A stretch of DNA of 64,000 nt from an uncultured delta proteobacterium (GCA_963809875.1 CAWELC010000008.1:131623-195622); one strand, 5' to 3'; positions 19,391 to 29,087 are shown, numbered from the stretch's first letter. Numbers and translations: made by a program. Notes: generated from the letters alone by a model not told the origin.

Positions 19391-19460
19391 TTATAAGATA
19401 TTATGCTGAATTATGATAAGTTATGATCTAGATATAGAAATGTATAGATAATTATGCTTA
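19391..19460. promoter_or_regulatory. AT-rich divergent promoter region with 10-bp-phased TTAT(A/G) direct repeats
   Basis: TTATAAGATA/TTATGCTGAA/TTATGATAAG/TTATGATCTA start at 19391, 19401, 19411 and 19421. ATTATGCTTA recurs at 19451. The stretch is far more AT-rich than its surroundings. Confidence 0.5.
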
Positions 19461-19610
19461 AAATATATATTATAAAATATCGGATGTCAAGGTTTTTATT
19501 CCTTCTTGCCTTTGCGGGGGGGTTCTGCTAAAATCTAAAAATAACAGCCTTCTGATCCCAATGGATTTCGTCTGACAGCTTTCGGTTATTGCGGAGGAGG
19601 AAAAAGGAAC

Positions 19611-20057
19611 ATGAGAGAGATCAGAACAATCTTGCTTCCGGTCGATTTCTCGGATTCATCGGAATTGCTGGCCGAATACGCCCTGACGTTCGGGACCCGC
19701 TTTTCGGCCAAGGTCTACGTGCTGCACGTAGTGTCGAGCCTCGAGGACTATACGGGGCTCTATGTCCCCCACATCTCACTCGAAACGGTAATGACGGAGA
19801 TCTACCATTCCGCCAAGAAGAGCCTTAACGATTTCTGTCTCAGGTATTTCGAGGGACACATCCAATACGAGTCGATACTGGCCAAGGGTGACGCGTACCG
19901 TGAGATCCTGAAAACCGCCGAAGAGAAGAAGGCCGACGTTATCATCATGGGAACCCACGGGAGGTCAGGGCTGGATCATCTCATCTTCGGAAGCACTATC
20001 GAGCGGGTTCTTCGCGGGGCCGAGTGCCCGGTTCTGACGGTCAGAGTGGCGAGGTAG
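19611..20057 (+). CDS. Universal stress protein (UspA family)
   Basis: ILLPVDFSDSS... and IIMGTHGRSGLDHLIFGSTIERVLR motifs. Confidence 0.9.
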   Translation: MREIRTILLPVDFSDSSELLAEYALTFGTRFSAKVYVLHVVSSLEDYTGLYVPHISLETVMTEIYHSAKKSLNDFCLRYFEGHIQYESILAKGDAYREILKTAEEKKADVIIMGTHGRSGLDHLIFGSTIERVLRGAECPVLTVRVAR

Positions 20058-20062
20058 CGCGG

Positions 20063-21109
20063 TTGCTCGATTCCGCTATCCTGATATCCTTCGGTACGCT
20101 GTTCATACTTGCCCTGTTATTTCAATATATCCAGGGCTATAACGATTCGGGATCGATCATCGCCACAATGGTATATACGGGGGCCCTTGAGGCGGGACAG
20201 GCCCTTGTCCTGGTGGCTTTTTTTGAGTTCGTCGGTGCGCTCCTTCTGGGGACGGCGGTTGCCCTTACCTTCGCCCGGGGGATCGTCGTGCCGGAGCGTC
20301 TGGATATGCTGGCCATCCTGTCCGCGCTTATTTCGGCGCTCATCTGGAACGTAGGCGCCGGGATTCGGGGGATACCGACCAGCTCGACCCACGCCCTGAT
20401 CGGCGGTCTCATGGGGGGAGTTCTCATCTCGGCGGGACCGGGCGCACTGCGCTGGATACCCATCACGGAACTGCTGCTGGCCCTCCTGATATCGCCGTTT
20501 CTGGGGCTTCTCTTCGGATACCTGCTGACAAAAGGCGTGTTACGGATTTTCGGCTCCCAATCACCCGATGCGGTCGGCAGGGTCTTCGGGAAGTCCCAGA
20601 TCTTCAGTTCCTCGGCTATCGCGCTGGCATACGGGGCTAACGATGCCCAGAAGACGATGGGGATAGTGACGCTCGGCCTGATCATCATGTATCGCCTCTA
20701 TCCCCACGAGATAGCTCTCTTCTACCACGGCGGCCTGGACGCGTACGTCCCGTTCTGGGTGAAGGTATCGTGCGCCGCCGCCGTATCCGTCGGTGTGCTG
20801 ACGGGTGGCTATAGAACCATGAAGACGGTCGGCGCGAGAATCTATCGCGTTCGGTCCGTGCACGGTTTCTCGGCGCAGCTGACATCGGCGGCCATCGTCT
20901 ATTCGTCGGCCCTATTCGGATTTCCGATGAGCACGACACAGGTTGTCTCGTCGTCGGTAGTCGGAGCGGGGGCGGCTCAGAGGATATCGGCCGTCAGGTG
21001 GAACGTAGTGGGCAGGATCATCTCAACCTGGGTCATCACGTTCCCATGCACGGCCGCGTTGAGCGGCGGTATCTATATCGCGATCAGGGAGATCCATGGG
21101 TATTTTTAG
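20063..21109 (+). CDS. pit: Inorganic phosphate transporter, PiT family
   Basis: GYNDSGSIIATMV and YGANDAQKTMG PiT signatures. The ORF opens at 20024 inside usp; a TTG at 20063 with GGCGAGG upstream is the more likely start. Confidence 0.88.
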   Translation: MLDSAILISFGTLFILALLFQYIQGYNDSGSIIATMVYTGALEAGQALVLVAFFEFVGALLLGTAVALTFARGIVVPERLDMLAILSALISALIWNVGAGIRGIPTSSTHALIGGLMGGVLISAGPGALRWIPITELLLALLISPFLGLLFGYLLTKGVLRIFGSQSPDAVGRVFGKSQIFSSSAIALAYGANDAQKTMGIVTLGLIIMYRLYPHEIALFYHGGLDAYVPFWVKVSCAAAVSVGVLTGGYRTMKTVGARIYRVRSVHGFSAQLTSAAIVYSSALFGFPMSTTQVVSSSVVGAGAAQRISAVRWNVVGRIISTWVITFPCTAALSGGIYIAIREIHGYF

Positions 21110-21698
21110 AAGAAAGGCCGATTTCTATGCGCTTCTCATGGACCAGTCCGAGAAAGTGCTCGAAGGGGTCAGGGCGCTGAAGACATACGCGGCAAACCAA
21201 AGCCCCGACCTGGCCGCGGCCGTGAGGGACCTTGAAAAAGAGGCGGACGAGCGGAGAAGGGTGCTGATCGCAGAGCTTAATCGGACGTTCGCCACACCGA
21301 TCGACCGCGAAGACATCTTCCAGCTGTCACGGGCGCTTGACGACGTCATGGATTATGCAGAGAATACCGTCAGGGAGCTGAGCGCCTACGGGCTTTCACC
21401 CGACCACCATGCCAAAATAATGATCGAGATCATGATTCAGGCCTACGAAGAGCTGGTAAAGGCGATCAAGTATCTTAAACAATATCCAAAGATCGCCAAT
21501 GACCACGCCGTGAGGGCAAAGAAACTTGAAAACGATATGGAACAGGCCTACCACAATGCCCTTTCCGATCTCTTCAAGGGCACGGACCCTATCTACATGC
21601 TCAAGATGCGGGAGATCTACCGTCACCTCTCCAACTGCGCGGACCGGGGCGACGAGGCCGCGAATATTATTCTGTCCATCGTCATGAAGTCCACATGA
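21096..21698 (+). CDS. DUF47 / PhoU-like Pit accessory protein (TIGR00153)
   Basis: LEKEADERRRVLIAELNRTFATPIDREDIFQLSRALDDVMD is the typical DUF47 core; adjacent to pit. Confidence 0.85.
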   Translation: MGIFRRKADFYALLMDQSEKVLEGVRALKTYAANQSPDLAAAVRDLEKEADERRRVLIAELNRTFATPIDREDIFQLSRALDDVMDYAENTVRELSAYGLSPDHHAKIMIEIMIQAYEELVKAIKYLKQYPKIANDHAVRAKKLENDMEQAYHNALSDLFKGTDPIYMLKMREIYRHLSNCADRGDEAANIILSIVMKST

Positions 21699-21816
21699 CG
21701 TAGTCCGTATCGGGCCGGAGACGGAAAGTCTCGAGCCGAAACCGCGGAGGCTCTCAATCGTGAAAGGCAGCCGGAATAACCAGATCAACGCGCTCACCGC
21801 GGCCAACGAGCTGGAG

Positions 21817-22245
21817 ATGAAGACGATGGGAATAGAGGACCTCGATGAGGTGATGGATATCGAGGAGACCTCCTTTCCGACCCCCTGGACGATGGGGATA
21901 TTTATGCGGGAATTCGAGCTTGAATTCTCCTATCGGTACGTCTTTGAGCTGGGCGGGGGCGTGGCAGGGTATATCATCTTCTGGCTGATAGAGGGAGAGG
22001 TGCACATCATGAGCATCGCCGTGCGGAGAGACGCACGGAGGCTCGGCATCGGCAGCGAGATCCTCAAGCGCTCGCTCGCCGAGGCCAAGGAACTCGGGGG
22101 GAAATACGTCTTCCTGGAGGTGAGGGAAAACAACGGCGCGGCAATCGGTTTATATTCAAAGATGGGGTTTCGTGTCGTCTATAAACGCAGAGGCTATTAC
22201 ACCGATACCAAGGAAGACGCCCTCATCATGGTCCGGGATATCTGA
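21817..22245 (+). CDS. rimI: Ribosomal-protein-alanine N-acetyltransferase (GNAT)
   Basis: IEETSFPTPW..., HIMSIAVRRDARRLGIG and YSKMGF motifs. The ATG at 21817 gives the usual ~142 aa. Confidence 0.85.
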   Translation: MKTMGIEDLDEVMDIEETSFPTPWTMGIFMREFELEFSYRYVFELGGGVAGYIIFWLIEGEVHIMSIAVRRDARRLGIGSEILKRSLAEAKELGGKYVFLEVRENNGAAIGLYSKMGFRVVYKRRGYYTDTKEDALIMVRDI

Positions 22246-22247
22246 GT

Positions 22248-23321
22248 CTATTGTATGGTCGGGAGGACGTCGATCCTCAGAAAGGGAGCGGCCTTTCGGT
22301 CTTTCAGATCCTTGATTTCTTTTTCCGTTTCGGGATACCGGGTCGCGAGGTAGTCGAGCAGCTCGTTCATCTTCTCCGGCGGCACACTGACCGCGCCGGC
22401 CCGGGCCTCGTCCGTGAGAGACTCCGTGTTCGGAGTCGCATCCTCTTTCCCTTTTTCCTCTATTTTCTCCATCCTGCCTGCCGTCACCGTGCCCCCCAGG
22501 GATACCGCTTTATCCATGATTTCCTTTTTTGCCTTTGCCGGATCGTTGCGATAGACCAGAAGTATTGTCGGAAGCGGGGCTTCGTCGGTCGGGCAGTAGA
22601 TATAGGTCGTTGATCCCATTGTGGCCGGCTCCTCCTTTTTGGTCGATGAAAGCAGGGCGTCGCGGGTGGGTGAAAGGACCTTTGAGACCTTTTCGGCGGT
22701 AACGCCGGCGGCGGTCATCACCCCCGAAGGGGAGGGGGCCGAGAAGAAGAATGTATCGTCCAGGTCGGGGGCGGGGAGGGATTTTTCACGAGCCGCGCCG
22801 GGTGATAAACGCTCGGTCTCTTTGTCCTCGACGGCTCCGGCTATGAGGGCCACGTCTTCGGAAGGGAGACTTCCCTTCTCCGGGGCGGCCGGTGCCGCGC
22901 CGAGCGCCACGGAAGCGGTCGGGCGTCCGGGTTCGTCGTGCGGTGCTACGGCCGTCTCCCGATCGGTGCCCACAACGGAAGGGAAGGAGATCAGAACGGC
23001 AAAGAGAAGGATGACCGACGCGGCAATGGCGCCGGCTTCAACGGGAAACCTCCGCCCGGGGAAAAAGACGATCCGAGCCGTCCGTTTGAGCAGCCCCTCC
23101 GATTTTATCGACTGCAGGACCCGCTTTTCAATGCCGGGGGGGGCCTGGGCACCCCGAACCATCCCGACCAGGTCGCTCAGACGCTCATGCCGGTAGACGT
23201 CGAGCTTGAGCTCGGGATGGCGGGAGATCGCCTTTTCGAGAAATCGATATTCCTCGTCGGTGAGCCGCCCGTCGTGGACGAGCGAGATGAGCATCTTTGC
23301 CCGTTTTAGGTCTCTGTCCAT
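22248..23321 (-). CDS. Putative single-pass anti-sigma factor / membrane protein downstream of the ECF sigma
   Basis: Cytoplasmic N-terminus, one TM (AGAIAASVILLFAVLISFP) and an Ala/Pro-rich external part. No HxxxCxxC zinc motif was seen. Function is inferred from position only. Confidence 0.55.
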   Translation of the reverse strand: MDRDLKRAKMLISLVHDGRLTDEEYRFLEKAISRHPELKLDVYRHERLSDLVGMVRGAQAPPGIEKRVLQSIKSEGLLKRTARIVFFPGRRFPVEAGAIAASVILLFAVLISFPSVVGTDRETAVAPHDEPGRPTASVALGAAPAAPEKGSLPSEDVALIAGAVEDKETERLSPGAAREKSLPAPDLDDTFFFSAPSPSGVMTAAGVTAEKVSKVLSPTRDALLSSTKKEEPATMGSTTYIYCPTDEAPLPTILLVYRNDPAKAKKEIMDKAVSLGGTVTAGRMEKIEEKGKEDATPNTESLTDEARAGAVSVPPEKMNELLDYLATRYPETEKEIKDLKDRKAAPFLRIDVLPTIQ

Positions 23322-23433
23322 AGTCAAACGATCATGTGAAGTTGTCCTTCAGCCGGCAAAACAAGAATCTGCGCCGGGTTCCTTGCCGCGTGCGACAGGC
23401 AGCGGCCGCCTCTTTCCGTGAATGCGCCTGTCG

Positions 23434-24021
23434 TCACAGGTAATCTTTCATCATCTCTTTAAGGCGCTCACGTGCCCGGGAAAGGCGCGACTTGACCGTA
23501 CCGAGGTTGATGGACAACACCTCGGCGATCTCTTCATAGTTCAGTCCCTCAAAGTCCTTGAGTACGATGATCTGTCGGTCATTATTCGAGAGCTGCTTGA
23601 AACACTCCATCATGATGCCGATCAGCTCTTTGTCCTGCGCATACTCCCCGGGGCTTGGCGTCCGTCCGGCAAGGCTCCATGAGCCGTCGCCGTCGGTGTT
23701 ATCGGTCAGCTCGTCGCTCCTGAAATACCCCTTTCGGGAGAGGTAGCCGATCCGGTTCTTCGCATGGTTTACCGTGACGCGATAGAGCCAGGTGGAGAAT
23801 TTCGACTCGCCCTTGAACCCCCCGATGTTCCGATAGACCGAGATGAAGATATCCTGCGTCAACTCTTCGGCGATGGCCCAGTTGCCCACGAAGCGCAAAG
23901 CCGTGTTGAAAACCCGGTCCTTGTAAAGCTTCATGAGGAAGGCGAAGGCGTCATGATCGCCCCTCTGGGTTGCGGCAATCAATTGGGCTTCGTTGGATCT
24001 ATCCCACTCTTTCGGAGTCAC
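23434..24021 (-). CDS. ECF (sigma-70 family group 4) RNA polymerase sigma factor
   Basis: Region 2 (DIFISVYRNIGGFKGESKFSTWLYRVTVN) and region 4 (LNYEEIAEVLSINLGTVKSRLSRARE). Confidence 0.92.
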   Translation of the reverse strand: MTPKEWDRSNEAQLIAATQRGDHDAFAFLMKLYKDRVFNTALRFVGNWAIAEELTQDIFISVYRNIGGFKGESKFSTWLYRVTVNHAKNRIGYLSRKGYFRSDELTDNTDGDGSWSLAGRTPSPGEYAQDKELIGIMMECFKQLSNNDRQIIVLKDFEGLNYEEIAEVLSINLGTVKSRLSRARERLKEMMKDYL

Positions 24022-24074
24022 GCATTATCCTGTATATTTGACCCAGAAGGGTCGGAAATGTTCCACTGCATGGT

Positions 24075-24503
24075 TCAGGCGTGTTCATCGAGGGCACGCT
24101 CTACCACCTGCAGGGTAATGTCGGCAAGGCCCAGTTTAGCGAGTCCGCGGGTGGTAAAAAATCGGACGTCGGCGGCGTCACTTGACGCCGAAAGCGTTCC
24201 ACCGACCGGGACGGCGCGAAAGTCGATAAGGACATAATGGTATTTCACTCGACCCGAATCGTCCCGGAATATCCGCTGGAGGACTCCGAGCCGCCGGCCG
24301 ACCTCGATGTCAAGTCCCGTCTCTTCCTTGATTTCGCGCCTGACGGCGTCATGGATCGTCTCGCCGAGCTCCACCTTCCCGCCGGGGATACTCCACGAGC
24401 CCTTGGCAGGCTCTTTTCCGCGCCTGACCAGGAGCGCCCGCCCGCGACTGACGACGACGGCCCCCACGCCCAGGATGGGCCGCTCGGGATACTCTCGAGT
24501 CAT
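24075..24503 (-). CDS. NUDIX hydrolase
   Basis: Nudix box GGKVELGETIHDAVRREIKEETGL. The ATG at 24503 gives ~142 aa; the longer ORF to 24578 runs into an AT-rich promoter. Confidence 0.85.
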   Translation of the reverse strand: MTREYPERPILGVGAVVVSRGRALLVRRGKEPAKGSWSIPGGKVELGETIHDAVRREIKEETGLDIEVGRRLGVLQRIFRDDSGRVKYHYVLIDFRAVPVGGTLSASSDAADVRFFTTRGLAKLGLADITLQVVERALDEHA

Positions 24504-24578
24504 GGGCGACACCCTACCATACAAACGACAAAAAGTCAAAAGGTGAAAAAAATGCTTGAAAGATGAGAGGTAGTGCAT

Positions 24579-24619
24579 TATAGTTATATATAAAATAGGT
24601 AAATTGTGGTATAACTATA
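24579..24619. repeat. Perfect 10-bp inverted repeat TATAGTTATA(21 nt)TATAACTATA in the NUDIX/amidase divergent promoter
   Basis: Read directly: 24579-24588 and 24610-24619 are exact reverse complements. Confidence 0.6.
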
Positions 24620-24626
24620 TAAAAAT

Positions 24627-26339
24627 ATGTCTCGCAGAAGTTTGATCTCGCGCCTCTCATTTGTCGCCGTTGCGGCGGCGCTCATCGTATCCCTTTGGCC
24701 CTTGCCGCGGGCCGTCGCCGAGGACGGCGCCGGCGCCTACGAATCGGCCAAGAAGAAGCTCGCCGTCCTCAACACTTCAGAAAACCAGCTTTCCCGGAGG
24801 GACTGCTGGTTTTCCGTTATCGAGTCGTTCAGCACGGTTTATCTTGAATATCCCAAAAGTGAGCGGGCCGACGACGCAGCCTATATGGTGGGAATACTCT
24901 ACGGCCGTCTTTACGAGCGCTCACGGGTAAAGAAGGACCTGGAAAAAGCGCTGGACGCCTTTCAGCTCCTGGTGCGAGACTATCCGGACAGCAACCTTGC
25001 CGACGATGCCCTTTACGAAATCGGCGAAATCACCCGGGGGGACCTCAAGGACTCGAAGCGGGCATACTGTTGGTATCGGCTGATCGTGGCATCATATCCT
25101 AAAGGGGATATGGTGTTCAAGGCCAGGGCCCGGATTGAGGAGCTCAAGGGATACGCGGGTGCGGCCGACTGCGGAACGGTGACCGGTGGCGTCCCCAAGA
25201 AGGATCAGGCCAAAGACAACGCGAAGGAGGCAAAAGACTCCCCCAGAATCCTCGGGCTGAGGAGCTTCAATTCGGCCGATCATACCCGTGTGGTCCTGGA
25301 CGTCTCCCGGGCGGTCGAGTTTTCTCAGGGCAGGGGAAAGAAAGACGATGCGGGAGGAGGAGCCTCCTCCATCTACGTCGCCATCCCCCGCGGTGTCCTG
25401 GGACCGGGCGTTGCCGATACCGTCTCCCCGGCGGACGGGCAGATAAAGAAGATCAGCTTCGACACGAAATCAGATCCGCCGCGTGTCGTCCTGGTCCCGG
25501 GCGGGGCCGTCACCTATAAGGTCTTCACGCTTGCCGGTCCCGACCGAATCGTTATCGACGTCTACAGGGCGGACGGGCAGGGGGAAGGAGACGATGCTGG
25601 CTCCGTCCCGACCAAGGACTCACCGCCGGTCGAAAAGATACACTCCGACACCATTAAGGTCGTCGTGATAGACCCCGGCCACGGGGGAAAGGACCCCGGC
25701 GCCGTCGGCCCGACGGGTTACTACGAGAAGACGGCAAACCTCAAGATCGCCAATTACCTTAAGGGATACCTGGAGAAGGAGCTGGGCCTTACCGTGATCA
25801 TGACCCGCGGCTCCGATACCTTTCTGGATCTCAAGAAGAGGACGGCGGTGGCCAACGACAAGGGAGCCGATCTCTTCATATCAATTCATAATAATGCGAG
25901 CACGAGCCGGTCCCCCTACGGGATCAGCACGTATTACCTTGCCATTACCTCCGACAAGAGGGCCCTCACCGTGGCGGCCAGGGAAAATGACACTACCGTG
26001 GAGGAGCTGTCGGAGCTCGACTATATCCTCACGGATCTTATCGTCTCGGCCAAGCGAAACGAGTCGAGTCTCCTCGCGAAATTCATTCAGGAGGGGATGG
26101 TGGACTCCGTCAAGAAGGGATACGACAATATCAACAGCGTCGGCGTGTGCCAGGGGCCTTTCTGGGTGCTGGTCGGGGCACAGATGCCCTCGATCCTGGT
26201 GGAGTGTTCGTATATCTCCAACACGCGGGAGGAAAAGCGGCTCAAGTCCGACGACTACCTCAAGGGCCTGGCCAGGGGAATCTTTAACGGCGTTCAGCGG
26301 TACGTAAAAGAGACCGACGCCCTGCATGCGGGCAGGTGA
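24627..26339 (+). CDS. N-acetylmuramoyl-L-alanine amidase (AmiC-like) with N-terminal TPR/YbgF-like and AMIN domains
   Basis: Signal peptide. AMIN region (GLRSFNSADHTRVVLDV...RIVIDVY). Amidase_3 motifs (VVIDPGHGGKDPGA, ISIHNNAS and ECSYISN). Confidence 0.9.
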   Translation: MSRRSLISRLSFVAVAAALIVSLWPLPRAVAEDGAGAYESAKKKLAVLNTSENQLSRRDCWFSVIESFSTVYLEYPKSERADDAAYMVGILYGRLYERSRVKKDLEKALDAFQLLVRDYPDSNLADDALYEIGEITRGDLKDSKRAYCWYRLIVASYPKGDMVFKARARIEELKGYAGAADCGTVTGGVPKKDQAKDNAKEAKDSPRILGLRSFNSADHTRVVLDVSRAVEFSQGRGKKDDAGGGASSIYVAIPRGVLGPGVADTVSPADGQIKKISFDTKSDPPRVVLVPGGAVTYKVFTLAGPDRIVIDVYRADGQGEGDDAGSVPTKDSPPVEKIHSDTIKVVVIDPGHGGKDPGAVGPTGYYEKTANLKIANYLKGYLEKELGLTVIMTRGSDTFLDLKKRTAVANDKGADLFISIHNNASTSRSPYGISTYYLAITSDKRALTVAARENDTTVEELSELDYILTDLIVSAKRNESSLLAKFIQEGMVDSVKKGYDNINSVGVCQGPFWVLVGAQMPSILVECSYISNTREEKRLKSDDYLKGLARGIFNGVQRYVKETDALHAGR

Positions 26340-26340
26340 T

Positions 26341-27225
26341 ATGGACCAGGAGATCGATCAATTCATCCGGCACCTTGGCGTGGAGCGGGGCCTGTCCGTC
26401 AATACCACGTCGGCCTATGCGAGCGATCTGGCCCGTTTTGCGTCGTTCCTCTCGGCGGCCGGCGTCTCCGATCCGACAGCGGTCCAACAGGAACATATCC
26501 TCTCGTTTCTCGCGGAAGGCTGCCCGGGCCTCTCGGCCAGGAGCCGGGCCAGGTATATGAGCTCGATCCGCTCCTTTCTCACCTTCCTCGTCCGCGAGGG
26601 CAGGCTCTCCAAACACCCGATGGAGCTTCTCGAATCACCGAAATTCACCGGCAGACTGCCGGAATACCTTACTACTCAGGAGGTCTCTCGGCTCCTTGCA
26701 GCGCCTCCGCTGACGACTCCCTGGGGGATCAGGGACCGGACGATGATCGAGGTCCTGTATGCCTGCGGCCTCCGTGTCTCGGAGCTCCTTGGGCTTGTCC
26801 GGGACCGGATAAACCTCGACGCCGGATTCCTGATCGTCACGGGAAAAGGGAATAAGGAGCGGATTGTTCCCCTCGGGGCCGAGGCGATTTCATTTCTGAA
26901 TCGGTATCTGACGGAGGTGCGCCCCACCCTGGACAGGGGAAAGGGGAGAAACATTCTGTTCCTCAATCGCCGCGGGACCAGGCTGTCCCGCCAATACTTC
27001 TGGAGGGCGATCAAGGCCTATGCGATGAAGGTGGGCATCACCAAAGAGATCGGTCCCCATACCCTCCGGCACTCGTTTGCCACCCACCTTCTGGCGGGGG
27101 GGGCCGACCTGAGATCGGTTCAGATCATGCTGGGCCATGCCGATATCGCCACCACCGAGATATATACCCACGTCGATCGGACAAGGCTCAAGCAGGTCCA
27201 CAAAAAGTATCATCCCCGATCCTGA
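26341..27225 (+). CDS. xerD: Site-specific tyrosine recombinase, XerC/XerD family
   Basis: HTLRHSFATHLL, GADLRSVQIMLGHADIATTEIYTHV (catalytic Tyr) and an N-terminal SAM-like domain. Confidence 0.88.
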   Translation: MDQEIDQFIRHLGVERGLSVNTTSAYASDLARFASFLSAAGVSDPTAVQQEHILSFLAEGCPGLSARSRARYMSSIRSFLTFLVREGRLSKHPMELLESPKFTGRLPEYLTTQEVSRLLAAPPLTTPWGIRDRTMIEVLYACGLRVSELLGLVRDRINLDAGFLIVTGKGNKERIVPLGAEAISFLNRYLTEVRPTLDRGKGRNILFLNRRGTRLSRQYFWRAIKAYAMKVGITKEIGPHTLRHSFATHLLAGGADLRSVQIMLGHADIATTEIYTHVDRTRLKQVHKKYHPRS

Positions 27226-27300
27226 ACCCTAAAACCATTCCTTGACTGAATGGAAACTAATCTGCTACTATAGAATGCATTTTAATAGCTGGAGTTGGGT

Positions 27301-28263
27301 ATGCCCGCAGTTAAGACAACGGTCCTTTTATCGACGGTGATTGCCGTCTTTGTCTCCTCACTCCTCGGCATCGATACGGATCGTGCGCTTGCCCAGGAGC
27401 CGATGGCCATAGAGAATATCGTCAGCAAGGTCAAGGATCAGAACGCCGTAACGAACATCTACTACCTCCAGGGGGCGGTGTGGGTGTGCACGGAGGGCGG
27501 CGTAATGAAATACGACAACAAGTGGACGGTCTATCGCGCGAAGGACGGGCTTGCCGACGATCTGGTTACGTCGATGGCCGAAGACGGGTCGGGGAGGCTC
27601 TGGTTCGGGACTCAGAACGGGGTGTCCGTGTTCGACGGAAAATGGAAGAGTTATCGAGCGAAGGACGGCCTGCCCAGTGATGTGATCTATGACATCGCTG
27701 CGGCCGCCGACGGCTCCATCTGGGTGGGCACTCATGCCGGCTTGGGCATGTTCGACGGGAAGCGCTGGCTTAAGATCGGGATCGGCCAGGACGTCGTCGT
27801 GCCCATCGTCAATAGGATCGTGAAAGGCCCGACGGGCGACCTCTGGATCGCAACCTACGACATGGGGCTGGGTATCCTGGAGGGAGGGGAGCTTGAGATC
27901 GTCGACAAGACGTCCGGACTTCCGTCCAATCTCGTTTCTTCCGTCGCCTTCGACAAAGACGGAAATGCGTGGGTGGGGACGGGCCGGGGGCTCTCGTTTG
28001 TGTCGGGAGGGAAGGTAAAGAAGACCTTCTCTATCAAGAGCGGCCTTCCCTCCAATGAGGTCACCTCCATCGCGCTGGACTCAAGCGGAAAGGTATGGGT
28101 CGGTTTCTGGGGTGGGGGGGTCGGCATCTATGACGGTAAGGAGTGGAAGTTTCTGGACACCCAAAGCGGGATCGCGGACGATCGAGTTACCGCCGTAACG
28201 GTGGACGGAGCGGGCACAATCTGGGTCGGCTGCTGGGGTGGGATCAGCAAGATCACGCCCTGA
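27301..28263 (+). CDS. Secreted beta-propeller protein with two-component-regulator propeller (Reg_prop) repeats, no output domain
   Basis: Signal peptide, then repeated units such as YRAKDGLxxDxVxxxAxDxxGxxWxGTxxGxxxFDG. Confidence 0.75.
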   Translation: MPAVKTTVLLSTVIAVFVSSLLGIDTDRALAQEPMAIENIVSKVKDQNAVTNIYYLQGAVWVCTEGGVMKYDNKWTVYRAKDGLADDLVTSMAEDGSGRLWFGTQNGVSVFDGKWKSYRAKDGLPSDVIYDIAAAADGSIWVGTHAGLGMFDGKRWLKIGIGQDVVVPIVNRIVKGPTGDLWIATYDMGLGILEGGELEIVDKTSGLPSNLVSSVAFDKDGNAWVGTGRGLSFVSGGKVKKTFSIKSGLPSNEVTSIALDSSGKVWVGFWGGGVGIYDGKEWKFLDTQSGIADDRVTAVTVDGAGTIWVGCWGGISKITP

Positions 28264-28418
28264 AACCGCCGCGCACGACTCCGGAAGAGGGGATTCCGCA
28301 CGTAAAGGGTTTCCGTACGGACACGCTCCGCCGGCCTACCGGACGTTTCCCGCAGGAGTCAAGGCCCTCGTCCCCGGACGGCTCGTTACCGTCTCGGTGA
28401 CAGCGGCGACGTTTTCTC

Positions 28419-29087
28419 CTAGAGGTAGGGAAAGACCGAGCGCTTGACAATATCGAAGTTTCTCTTTACCTCGTCGCCTCCCACGACCATCTCCATGTGT
28501 CCCGGCAGCAAATACTCGATGTCGAGCGCGGAGACCCGCTCGATGCTCTCCTTAAGGAGCGTGCCGTCTCCGCCGGGGAAATCGGTCCTCCCGACGTTCC
28601 TGCTGAAGATGAGATCACCCGAGAAGAGGGCCTTCTCCTTGGGCCAGTAGAGGCATATGGAGCCCGGCGAGTGGCCGGGGGTAACGATGACCTCAAACTC
28701 CTCGCCGCCCAGCTGAACGACCCCGTCCTCGAGCTCCTGATCTATCCGGTAGTGGGGAACGTCCAGGCCGAAGGCAGGGTAGAATTTCGACCCGACTTCT
28801 TCCATGAATTTCGCTTCCTCCCGCGCCATCAGGATCTTCACGTCAGGGCGATCGGAAAAGCGTTCAACGGCCTCGAAATGGTCGGGGTGGGAGTGGGTGA
28901 TCAGGACGTATTTAATGACCTCGCTGTCGATATCGTCCCGGGAAAGCCCTTTCACGAGCTCCGGAAATGACATCAGGAGCCCGGGGTCGATCAGGATGTG
29001 GGCGTCACCGGCGATATAGTAGCTGTTGCAGTTGTTTTCCCACATGCTCGTCCAGGGGTAGGCAAAGATGTTTTCGGTGATTTTCAT
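28419..29087 (-). CDS. MBL-fold metallo-hydrolase (glyoxalase II-like)
   Basis: THSHPDH, TPGHSPGS, GDLIF and LLPGH motifs. The ATG at 29087 (MKITENIF..) is the real start of the 639-aa ORF 28419..30338. Confidence 0.88.
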   Translation of the reverse strand: MKITENIFAYPWTSMWENNCNSYYIAGDAHILIDPGLLMSFPELVKGLSRDDIDSEVIKYVLITHSHPDHFEAVERFSDRPDVKILMAREEAKFMEEVGSKFYPAFGLDVPHYRIDQELEDGVVQLGGEEFEVIVTPGHSPGSICLYWPKEKALFSGDLIFSRNVGRTDFPGGDGTLLKESIERVSALDIEYLLPGHMEMVVGGDEVKRNFDIVKRSVFPYL

